Shown here piece by piece: positions 24,213 to 33,506 of a DNA stretch of 64,000 nt (positions are counted from its first letter, which is position 1; each line of letters opens with the position of its first letter). A program made the translations under genes and the position numbers. The DNA is from Bdellovibrionales bacterium (GTDB lineage: Bacteria; Bdellovibrionota; Bdellovibrionia; Bdellovibrionales; JAUICD01): NCBI GenBank assembly GCA_965262715.1, contig OZ253553.1, positions 1,312,001-1,376,000 on the forward strand, written 5' to 3'. Under the pieces are notes generated by a model. That model saw only the letters and a program-made list of their open reading frames with translations. It was not told where the DNA came from and made no database searches.

Positions 24213-24423
24213 AATCAAAAGTCATAGTGAAAAGGATTTAAAGAACACTTTAAGTCAAATAAGAAAAATCTAATGACAAATATTTTTACAGCTGTTGTTC
24301 ACAGTGATCACATTTAATATTATAAAAATAAATTACAGATACTTATACACTGACTTTAGATAAAAATATATTTTGATAAATGAAAGATAGAATTTGCGTA
24401 AGACGAGTTATAAAGTAAGTTAT

Positions 24424-24826
24424 GAGAAACCCATCTCAAAATATAGTTTTGCATTTTGCTTTTGTGAATTAAAAGTTAAAGCAGCAGATCACCGTTATAC
24501 CGGGATCTGGCATTCCGGCATAACCATTAAAGTTCAATTCTTCTATTTGATAGCAATGAAGTGGAGGCCAAGTAAGTGCAAAAGGTGATAAGAGCTAATG
24601 ATAAGAATGGGTAGAGGCTTGCCTCTAGAGGCTAGTCTCCCGAGTCTGATGTTAAGGCAATGATTTATGAAATTTAGGAAGTAAGTTGAAGATTCAGCTC
24701 AAGCCGGCAGCAGCTGTCGGCAACTGTTTGCCAGACTGCCTTGAAAAAAGTGTTACCGAAGTCCCTTGTAGCACACTTGCTAATACATTTATTTATAATA
24801 AGTTTATGGTTTTTGAGATGACTTCG
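24424..24826. repeat. Family A copy 2, containing a family B insert at 24521-24703
   Basis: catctcaaaa / ttttgagatg terminal IR; insert flanked by ccggca direct repeats. Confidence 0.8.
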
Positions 24827-24870
24827 AATTACAGGAGTTTGTATTTTTATGATACATACAAATAAATTTA

Positions 24871-26100
24871 TTAAGGTTGATAATTGTAGGATATCTGAAC
24901 CTTGACACCTTCTTCTGGAGGTGTATCAAATAAAATCTTATTTGATTCAGAGTCAAACTCCCAATTTGAACATTCTACAGTATTTTGAGATAGACTGCAA
25001 TTTAGAGTTATTGAATCTTCTACAACATTTGTATGCCTTAACATAACTTCATGGTATACCAAGATTTCTTCTATATGAGTACCTATATCAGCCATAATAG
25101 AGCTATAATCTGTAGCACAAATGCTACCTGTAATACCACCTGTTTTTTCAGCAAGATCAGCCACTTTATAATTAACATTCGGCTCCCGACCATTACACTC
25201 CACATCACCAGGTTCAACTATAAGACCATAAGCTGCAAACTGTTTAAACTCACCAAAATTATTTTTCACAGCTGTGATAATATCTGACGCTCTAACATTA
25301 GTTGTATCTGTGTCATCTGTTACTACAACAATAGCTAATAAGGCATTTTCTCTAAAGAATCCCTCTGGATGTGTCTCTGGAGAATTGATCATATTTAATA
25401 TACCTTCAAATTCAGTTATGGAATGACCTCCACCTTGTCTTGATGAGATTGTATTTAAAAAAACATCTCCAGGATTTCCTAATTGTGGACTTAGTATTTT
25501 GTTACCAACAAGCCCCATGTTGTTGTTCAATAAGTTATAAAATATTTTAGGCCAACCGACACCGACACCAAAAGCCGAACTGATAAAGGCCATTTGCCAA
25601 TCAACACGTTGAAGATTACTATTAAACAAATTACCAAACCGTTGTCCTAAATTTGTATGATTGTCATTCATTGAACCTGAATTATCTATCACCATAAGGA
25701 TATCTACTTCCTTTTGTTCACGAGCAGTTTGTGTTATAGAAAATGTGTGCGTTTCACTTGAATTGCCTCCATCTGATCCACCAGGAACTCCATTTGGATC
25801 ATTCTCTCCATCCGATCCACCAGGAACTCCATTCGGATTATTTTCTCCATCCGATCCACCAGGAACTCCACTTGAACCACCTGTTCCATCTGACCCACCA
25901 GGAACTCCATTTGAACCACCTGTTCCATCTTCACCATTAGGAACTCCATTCTTTGAATTATCTATTTCACTAGCTACTTTACGATTTGAAGGCGCAGAAC
26001 TAAGACTGCCTCCCTTACCGCAACCTATACCTACTAAACTTAAAAGCAAGAAACATAAACTAAGAATTTTAAAAGATTTTTTTATGATTTTTCTCTTCAC
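24871..26100 (-). CDS. vWA-like (MIDAS) lipoprotein with GVPGGSDG repeats
   Basis: Lipobox GIGC; VDILMVIDNSGSM; Gly-rich tandem repeat linker. Confidence 0.85.
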   Translation of the reverse strand: MKRKIIKKSFKILSLCFLLLSLVGIGCGKGGSLSSAPSNRKVASEIDNSKNGVPNGEDGTGGSNGVPGGSDGTGGSSGVPGGSDGENNPNGVPGGSDGENDPNGVPGGSDGGNSSETHTFSITQTAREQKEVDILMVIDNSGSMNDNHTNLGQRFGNLFNSNLQRVDWQMAFISSAFGVGVGWPKIFYNLLNNNMGLVGNKILSPQLGNPGDVFLNTISSRQGGGHSITEFEGILNMINSPETHPEGFFRENALLAIVVVTDDTDTTNVRASDIITAVKNNFGEFKQFAAYGLIVEPGDVECNGREPNVNYKVADLAEKTGGITGSICATDYSSIMADIGTHIEEILVYHEVMLRHTNVVEDSITLNCSLSQNTVECSNWEFDSESNKILFDTPPEEGVKVQISYNYQP

Positions 26101-26130
26101 CTAAACCCATCCCTTATTATAAAACTAAAG

Positions 26131-26147
26131 AGCAATTTCAATACCAA
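26131..26147 (-). promoter_or_regulatory. Putative sigma54 promoter
   Basis: TTGGTATTGAAATTGCT. Confidence 0.65.
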
Positions 26148-26358
26148 AATTAAAAACTACAGTGAAAAGGCTTTAGAGAGTGTTTTAAGTTGAAATAAAA
26201 AAATCTAATGACAAATATTTTTACAGCTGTTGTTCAAAATGATCACATTTAATATTATAAAAATAAATTACAGATGCTTATACACTGACTTTAGACAAAA
26301 ATATATTTTGATAAATGAAAGATAGAATTTGTGTAACACGAGTTATAAAGTGAGTTAT

Positions 26359-26546
26359 GAGAAAGCCATCTCAAAATATAGCTTTGCATTTTGCTTTTGC
26401 AAATTACAAAGTTAAAGCAGCAGATCACTACTATCCCGATATCCGACAGTCTGGCAGCACTTCCTGGGAATTGTTGCCTATGTATTTGGTAATATATTGA
26501 TAACGTGTTGCCTCATAATAAACTTATGGTTTTTGAGATGAGTTCA
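26359..26546. repeat. Family A copy 3 (no family B insert)
   Basis: ccatctcaaaa ... ttttgagatg; homologous to other A copies. Confidence 0.75.
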
Positions 26547-26900
26547 AGCCGAACAATCCTCGACTTGAAATCGAGGGGTTCAAATAGAAGGGTCAATTAG
26601 AAATTGACTAAAAGTTATTAACTTGAGCCTACGGCAGGTTTCTGATCTGGCTCAGGCTAGCGGCTTAGGAGAAAAATTTTCAAAAGAAATTCATATTCTA
26701 TAATCAAGTTGTAAAGCCAAGAGAATATAAGGCACGGGGGCTGCCTGCTGCCAGTGAAGATACCTGCCGTAGGCTCTTTTACCCAAATTATTAACAACAA
26801 TTACTATACCTGATATTTATAAGCTCGTAAGTTCACATAAGTAAAAATTGAGCGTCGTCTAAAGACGAGGGATTTCAACCATCCCCGAAAAGGACATTAA
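26547..26900. mobile_element. Non-autonomous element with IS200/IS605-like subterminal hairpins, carrying a family C copy at 26625-26776
   Basis: Hairpins cctcga-cttgaaa-tcgagg and tcgtct-aa-agacga followed by ttcaac; absent from the paralogous site at 24826-24833; no ORF. Confidence 0.6.
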
Positions 26901-26936
26901 AGGAGTTTGTATTTTTATGATACATACATAAATTTA

Positions 26937-28100
26937 TTAAGGTTGATAATTGTAGGATATCTGAACCGTGACACCTGCTTCTGGAGGTGTATCAAATAAA
27001 ATCTTATTTGATTCAGCGTCAAACTCCCAATCTGGACATTCTATACTATTTTGAGATAGACTGCAAGTTAGGTTGACTGAACTTTCTACAACATTTGCGT
27101 GTCTCAACATAACTTCATGATATACCAAAATTTCTTCTATATGAGTGCCTATATTAGCCATAATAGAGCTGTAATCCGTAGCACAGATGCTACCTGTGAT
27201 ACCGCCTGTTTTTTGGGCAAGATCAGCTACTTTATAGTGAACATCCGGCTCTTGCTGATCACATTCTACATCACCAGGTTCAACTATAAGACCATAAGCT
27301 GCAAACTGTTTAAACTCACCAAAATTATCCTTTACAGCTGTAATAATATCTGAAGCTTTTACATCAGTTGTATCTCTTTCATCTGTCACTATAACAATAG
27401 CTAATAAAGCATCTGGTCTGAAAAATCCTGCTGGATGTGTCTCTGGAGAATTGATCATATTCAAAATAGTTTCAAACTCCATTGTAGAACAACCACTGCC
27501 TTGTCCTGAAGAAATTGTACTTCGGAAAATCTCCCCAGGATTTCCTAATTGTGGACTGAGTATTTGATGATTACCATCAATTCCTTTTAATTGATAAAAG
27601 TTATCATTTGGGCAGATACCAATAAAGGCCATTTGCCAATCAACACCTTGAAGATTACTATTAAACAAATTACCAAACCGTTGTCCTAAATTTGTATGAT
27701 TGTCACCCATTGAACCTGAATTATCTATCACCATAAGGATATCTACTTCCTTTTGTTCACGAGCAGTTTGTGTTATAGAAAATGTGTGCGTTTCACTTGA
27801 ATTGCCTCCATCTGAACCACCAGGAACTCCATTTGAGCCACCTGTTCCATCTGACCCGCCAGGAACTCCATTTGAGCCACCTGTTCCATCTGAACCACCA
27901 GGAACTCCATTTGAACCACCTGTTCCATCTTCACCATTAGGAACTCCATTCTTTGAATTATCTATTTCACTAGCTATTTTACGATTTGAAGGCGCAGAAC
28001 TAAGACTGCCTCCCTTACCGCAACCTATACCTACTAAACTTAAAAGCAAGAAACATAAACTAAGAATTTTAAAAGATTTTTTTATGATTTTTCTCTTCAC
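26937..28100 (-). CDS. vWA-like (MIDAS) lipoprotein paralog
   Basis: Near-identical N-terminus to 24871-26100, fewer Gly-rich repeats. Confidence 0.85.
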   Translation of the reverse strand: MKRKIIKKSFKILSLCFLLLSLVGIGCGKGGSLSSAPSNRKIASEIDNSKNGVPNGEDGTGGSNGVPGGSDGTGGSNGVPGGSDGTGGSNGVPGGSDGGNSSETHTFSITQTAREQKEVDILMVIDNSGSMGDNHTNLGQRFGNLFNSNLQGVDWQMAFIGICPNDNFYQLKGIDGNHQILSPQLGNPGEIFRSTISSGQGSGCSTMEFETILNMINSPETHPAGFFRPDALLAIVIVTDERDTTDVKASDIITAVKDNFGEFKQFAAYGLIVEPGDVECDQQEPDVHYKVADLAQKTGGITGSICATDYSSIMANIGTHIEEILVYHEVMLRHANVVESSVNLTCSLSQNSIECPDWEFDAESNKILFDTPPEAGVTVQISYNYQP

Positions 28101-28130
28101 CTAAACCCATCCCTTATTATAAAACTAAAG

Positions 28131-28147
28131 AGCAATTTCAATACCAA
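28131..28147 (-). promoter_or_regulatory. Putative sigma54 promoter
   Basis: TTGGTATTGAAATTGCT. Confidence 0.65.
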
Positions 28148-28304
28148 AATTAAAAACTACAGTGAAAAGGCTTTAGAGAGTGTTTTAAGTTGAAATAAAA
28201 AAATCTAATGACAAATATTTTTACAGCTGTTGTTCAAAATGATCACATTTAATATTATAAAAATAAATTACAGATGCTTATACACTGACTTTAGACAAAA
28301 ATAT

Positions 28305-30254
28305 CCTGAGTTTGGCAGTTGAAAAAATAAAGTTAAGTAATTTTAATTACTTAAAGGCACATTGAGATTTTGTGCCACTAGGTTTTTGTTTTTTAGTGTG
28401 GTTTTTAAGAAAAGTAAATTGCAGTAATGAAGTTATTCTACTTTAAGTTGTTTAGAAGGTATCTTAACTCCTATAGCTTTAAATACATCAGCATTGTTAC
28501 CGTTAATGTCTGTTCTGATCCAAATAGTTTTGTCTTTATATCTGACAGGTATAGCTCGTACTTCTTTCAGCTTTAACATAGCCTCTGCTACACTTAATGG
28601 TCTTGGCTTTATTCTCTTGCCTGTGGTCGCATTATCTTTTAATGTGATCTTTTTTTGATCTAACTTCTTAGCACAATAAGCCTCACATAAATAAGATAGA
28701 AAACATACAACTAAATGTCCTAATATTCTCTTGTCTGTCCAGTGGAACATAGGACGTGTCTTTAATGTACCCTTCAACTCTCTAAATGAATTCTCTACCT
28801 TCCATAACTGCTTATAGTTCATTATAATCTCTTCAGAGCTTAAATCTGTATTTGTAATTATTCCAAAAAAACCATCTGTCTTTTCTGACTCATTTATAGC
28901 TGACTTATTTAAAGTAGGCTTGCCTTTACTCTTAGGATGAGTGATGTATTTCTTATAATTACTATTAGATAAAAAAGATCTTGTGCTTATGGACTTCTTT
29001 GATAATTGAGCTTCTATCTTAGATAGAATATCTTCTCTTACTTTCTTATCTCGTTCTGCTCTCTTTCTTGACCATGTAATTATACAACGATCATTATTAT
29101 AGCTCGTCTCGTATATAGCTAAATCTTCATTTATAAATTTAAAATTCTTTATACTATATATCTCTTCATGACGATCCTTTAATAAACCTAGCTTTAATCC
29201 TACTATAAATTCATCTCCCTTTGCTTTTAGAGATTGGAGATTCTTATTAGAAAATAAACCTCTATCTCCTACTAATATAAATCTTCTGATCTTAAACTTC
29301 TTCTTTAACTTTGTCATAACTGAAGGTATTGTTTTACCTTCAAAGGTATTCCCGGGATAAACATCAAATCCTAAGGGCATACCTTCTGTATCTACTAAAA
29401 GTCCAAATACCACCTGGGTACAATCACTTCTTTTCTCTTTGCTATAACCAAATCTCCGAAGATTATCTAAATCCTCACGGGTGCTCTCAAACCTCAATGT
29501 CGTTAAATCATACAAAATAACATCACACTCATTGAAAAAACTTAACTGAGACTTACCTCGCATATAAAGACTCTTCTCTATATCTTCCTTATGGTGAGAT
29601 AGAATATCTAAAGAACGATAAATATCATCGATCTTAAGATCCTTCTCTAAAAAATCAGGGTAAAATAACTGTTGCCAATGTGAATATAATTTCAGCTTAG
29701 AACATGGCTCTATGAATCGATTTACAACTAATGTAAAAACTACCTTCATAAGATCAAATGCAACTTTAGGATGTCGCTTCTGTATATCTTTTAGTAATTC
29801 ATACAAACCCAATTGCTTAAATAGGGTATCTATAATAAGTAAGGGACCTAATATAAAAGTGTTCTGTACATCAATCTCTTTAGCTATTTGACTGGCAGAT
29901 ACAACATCTAAATGACGGCTTAGAAGAGCAAGAAGATCTTCTAGTCGAGCATCTTTAGCTCGGCCTAAAGACATGAGGGTTCTATGGTTACTTTTACCAT
30001 CTTTCCAATAGCTTTCAGCTATGTGATAGTAAGCTTGGCCTCTGGAGTTTTTTGTCTTCTTTATGAACATAGAGATATACTAGGATAAAAATATAAAAAA
30101 TCAAGTAAAATAAGTATATAATGCAGTGTATAATAATAAGTTGTTTCACTAGGACTTTTGACCAAAACTCAAACCCAATAACCCCTAACTACTATAAATA
30201 AAGCATTCTTTAAAAAAAATGTTCCGAAAATTAAAATTAACTGCCAAACTCAGG
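28305..30254 (-). mobile_element. IS1634-family insertion sequence, 1950 bp
   Basis: 16-bp perfect TIR cctgagtttggcagtt; ATAT target duplication; empty paralogous site gacaaaaatatattttg at about 26294-26310. Confidence 0.93.
28433..30070 (-). CDS. IS1634-family DDE transposase
   Basis: LYDLTTLRFE, FGYSKEKRSDCTQV, VGDRG, YKQLWKVENSFRELK, RPMFHW. Confidence 0.93.
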   Translation of the reverse strand: MFIKKTKNSRGQAYYHIAESYWKDGKSNHRTLMSLGRAKDARLEDLLALLSRHLDVVSASQIAKEIDVQNTFILGPLLIIDTLFKQLGLYELLKDIQKRHPKVAFDLMKVVFTLVVNRFIEPCSKLKLYSHWQQLFYPDFLEKDLKIDDIYRSLDILSHHKEDIEKSLYMRGKSQLSFFNECDVILYDLTTLRFESTREDLDNLRRFGYSKEKRSDCTQVVFGLLVDTEGMPLGFDVYPGNTFEGKTIPSVMTKLKKKFKIRRFILVGDRGLFSNKNLQSLKAKGDEFIVGLKLGLLKDRHEEIYSIKNFKFINEDLAIYETSYNNDRCIITWSRKRAERDKKVREDILSKIEAQLSKKSISTRSFLSNSNYKKYITHPKSKGKPTLNKSAINESEKTDGFFGIITNTDLSSEEIIMNYKQLWKVENSFRELKGTLKTRPMFHWTDKRILGHLVVCFLSYLCEAYCAKKLDQKKITLKDNATTGKRIKPRPLSVAEAMLKLKEVRAIPVRYKDKTIWIRTDINGNNADVFKAIGVKIPSKQLKVE

Positions 30255-30312
30255 ATATATTTTGATAAATGAAAGATAGAGTTTGTGTAAGACGAGTTAT
30301 AAAGTGAGTTAT

Positions 30313-30699
30313 GAGAAAGCCCTCTCAAAATATAGCTTTGCATTTTGCTTTTGCGAATTATTAAAAGCTAAAATAGCAAATCACCGTTATGCCGGGATCT
30401 GGCATTCCGGCATGACCATTAAAGTTCAATTCTTCTATTTGATAGCAATGAAGTGGAAGCCAAGCAAGTAAGAGGTGATAAGAGCTAATGATAAGAATGG
30501 GCAGAGGCGAACCTCTCGAGGCTAGCCTCTCGAGTCTGATCTTAGAGCAATGATTTATGAATTTTAGAAAGTAAATTGAAGATTCAGATCAAACCAGCAG
30601 CATCTGTCGGCAACTGTTTGCCAGCTTACCCAATTGCCTAAAGAATTACTCGGTAATACATTTATTTATAATAAATTTATGGTTTTTGAGATAAATTCG
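30313..30699. repeat. Family A copy 4, with a family B insert at 30413-30593
   Basis: Colinear with 24424-24826; ccggca/ccagca flanks. Confidence 0.78.
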
Positions 30700-30743
30700 C
30701 ATTATAAGAGTTTGTATTTTTATAATACACACAAATAAGTTTA

Positions 30744-31932
30744 TTAAGGTTGATAACGGTAAGACATCTGAACCTTAACGCCTTCTTCCGGAGGTGTATC
30801 AAATAAAATCTTATTTGATCCGGAGTCAAACTCCCAACTTGGACACTCTACAGCACTTTGAGACAGACTACAATTTAGAGTTATTGAATCTTCTACAACA
30901 TTTGTATGTCTTAACATAACTTCATGATATACCAAGATTTCTTCTATATGAGTACCTATATCAGCCATAATAGAGCTATAATCTTCAGCACAAATGCTAC
31001 CTGTAATACCACCTGTTTTTTCAGCAAGATCAGCCACTTTATAATTAACATTCGGCTCCCGACCATTACACTCCACATCACCAGGCTCACACAATGAGGC
31101 CATAAGTTGCAAACTGCTTAAGCTGTCCAAAACTACTTTCCACAGCTGTGATAATATCTGACGTTCTAACATTAGTTCTATCTGTGTCATCTGTTACTAT
31201 AACAATCGCTAATAAAGCATCTGGCCTAAAAAATCCTGCGGGATGTGTCTCTGGAGAATTGATCATATTTAATATACCTTGAAATTCAGTTGTGGAACAA
31301 CCTCCACCCTGTCCTGAAGAAATTGTACTTCGGAAAATCTCCCCAGGATTTCCTAATTGTGGACTAAGTACTTGATGGTTACCATTAATTCCTCTTAATT
31401 GATAAAAGTTATCATGTGGGCAGATACCAATGAAGGCCATTTGCCAATCAACACGTTGAAGATTACTATTAAACAAATTACCAAAACGTTGTCCTAAATT
31501 TGTATGATTGTCACCCATTGAACCTGAATTATCTATCACCATAAGGATATCTACTTCCTTTTGTTCACGAGCAGATTGTGTTATGGAAAAATTATAAGGT
31601 CTTTCATTTGAATTACCTCCGTCTGATCCACCAGGAACACCATTTGGATCATTTTCTCCATCTGATCCACCATGAACTCCACTTGAACCACCTGTTCCAT
31701 CTGACCCACCAGGAACTCCATTTGGATCATTTTCTTCATCTGATCCACCATGAACTCCATTTGATCCACCAGGAATCTCACTTTTTGAATTATCTATGTT
31801 GCTAGCCATCTCACGGCTTGAAGGTGCAGAAATAAGACTGCCTCCCTTACCACAACCTACACCTACTAAATTTAAAAGAAAAAAAGCTAAAACAAGAATT
31901 TTAAAAGAATTTTTTGTGATCTTTCTCTTCAT
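30744..31932 (-). pseudogene. vWA-like lipoprotein paralog with a +1 frameshift near 31090
   Basis: ORFs 31087-31932 and 30744-31190 join to give YGLIVEPGDVEC if one base is removed; may be an assembly error. Confidence 0.8.
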
Positions 31933-31974
31933 TTAATCCTACCCCATATATTAAGTTTCCCTATAAAACTAAAG

Positions 31975-31991
31975 AGCAATTTTGATACCAA
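31975..31991 (-). promoter_or_regulatory. Putative sigma54 promoter
   Basis: TTGGTATCAAAATTGCT. Confidence 0.65.
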
Positions 31992-32203
31992 AATCAAAAA
32001 CCACACTAAAAGCAATCTGAAAACTCTTAAGGAGTGTTTAAAAGAGAAGTGTTTTATAATCTAGCGAAAATTTTTTTTACAGTTGCCATCAAAAAGATCG
32101 CATCCAATATCATAAGAAATCACATCTATAGCCTATTTCTATTGTTAAATAGCTATAACCTTTTAAAGACTATAAATGCTTAAAAGTTGATTTTGTGACT
32201 TAA

Positions 32204-32325
32204 CGAGCTGGACCTTCAACTTCTTTTTTGAACTTCAAAATCATTGCCCTGAGGCCAGACTCGTGAAGCGAGCTTCTTCCTCTTTTTATCATTAGCCATT
32301 ATCACTTCTTATTGTGTTTGGCTTC
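32204..32325. repeat. Family B partial copy (reverse orientation)
   Basis: gagctggaccttcaac...tcattgcc...ttatcattagccattatcactt is the reverse complement of part of 24521-24703. Confidence 0.65.
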
Positions 32326-32377
32326 AAGATTTAATGTTTTTAAATAGGAGAGTTGAACGCAAATAGTAATGATACAT

Positions 32378-33229
32378 TTATGATTTAGTGAGAGAAACTT
32401 GATCCCACCTGACTTTTACAGGTAAGAATTTTAAATAAGAAATTAAAATATATGTTTTAGCTGCATTGATCCTTTCAAGGTTCAAGCAACCATTCTTAAT
32501 CTGACTACCTACTTCTTCTTTTTTCCATCCAAATCTACTATCATCTAGAGCATCTAAGACAGATTCTCTTAAATTTTTAGAGTCAATACCAGAGACAATT
32601 ACATTATAATAAAAATCTCCTAAATCCAAATTATCTGAAGAATTTGCATAATCAATAACGTCTTGCAAAGGTTTATTATCTAAGTTCATCTCTTGATGAT
32701 CCTTATTTACTTTTTCACTCTTATAAACGTCATCATCTTTTGGCTCTAGGCCTTCAAAGTGATGTTCTTTATGCGCATCATTTGTTCCTTTCGCAGACAT
32801 GTCTGTAAACGGCTCGTCTTGAGACGTATCAAAATCAGATGGGGGTTTTGTCTCATCAGAAAACTCTCCGGGAACTTCTTGAAGAAAAGAACTTTCATGA
32901 GGTGAATCCTCGAAAGCCTTCTGCTGATCAGTTATTTTGTTTTGATCTTCCAAATGAGCTTCTGTTTGAAAACTTTGATCAAAAGAAATAAAATCATCTG
33001 AAGATTCTTTTTGCTCTTCAGCACTTTGACCTTCCTCAGCAACCATAGGCTCATTTAAATGATCAGAGGCCTCTTGTTCATCTACTACATCATCATCTGG
33101 TGGCTTTTGTACATGGCCATCAAAGTCAATGAAAATAGGAGCTTGACAAGATGGACACTGAGTCAATCCATAAGAATCGTCTTCAATCTTTGTATTACAG
33201 TTAAAACAAGTATTAGAAACAGACACCAT
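32378..33229 (-). CDS. Hypothetical protein: N-terminal Zn ribbon, acidic linker, C-terminal globular domain
   Basis: CFNC...CPSC; D/E-rich middle. Confidence 0.75.
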   Translation of the reverse strand: MVSVSNTCFNCNTKIEDDSYGLTQCPSCQAPIFIDFDGHVQKPPDDDVVDEQEASDHLNEPMVAEEGQSAEEQKESSDDFISFDQSFQTEAHLEDQNKITDQQKAFEDSPHESSFLQEVPGEFSDETKPPSDFDTSQDEPFTDMSAKGTNDAHKEHHFEGLEPKDDDVYKSEKVNKDHQEMNLDNKPLQDVIDYANSSDNLDLGDFYYNVIVSGIDSKNLRESVLDALDDSRFGWKKEEVGSQIKNGCLNLERINAAKTYILISYLKFLPVKVRWDQVSLTKS

Positions 33230-33506
33230 ATTTAAATAACTCTATACTTGCAAATTTACAGTAGTCAACATTATTCATTCCATTAAAACCTAACTTTTCA
33301 AAATATAAAAAAGTGTAGATTCATAATCACCTGGACTTCATTTATTCCAAAATCCGGCATTCAAGGCAAACCGGCATACTGTACTAGAATCATAAAGTTT
33401 AGCATCATTATCATTCGCTTCAATTTTTCAATTTGTAATTAATTTATGTTAAATGCCAAATAGATAAAAAGTAATAACAACTGATGATAAGAATAGAAAA
33501 TATGTA

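Noticed and set aside
24394..24588. Small ORFs 24394-24588, 30283-30471 and 22666-22854
   Set aside because: They lie across family A/B repeats and are not preserved in all copies
25661..28104. Pro-rich plus-strand ORFs (PPGTP repeats)
   Set aside because: Antisense shadows of the Gly-rich lipoprotein linkers
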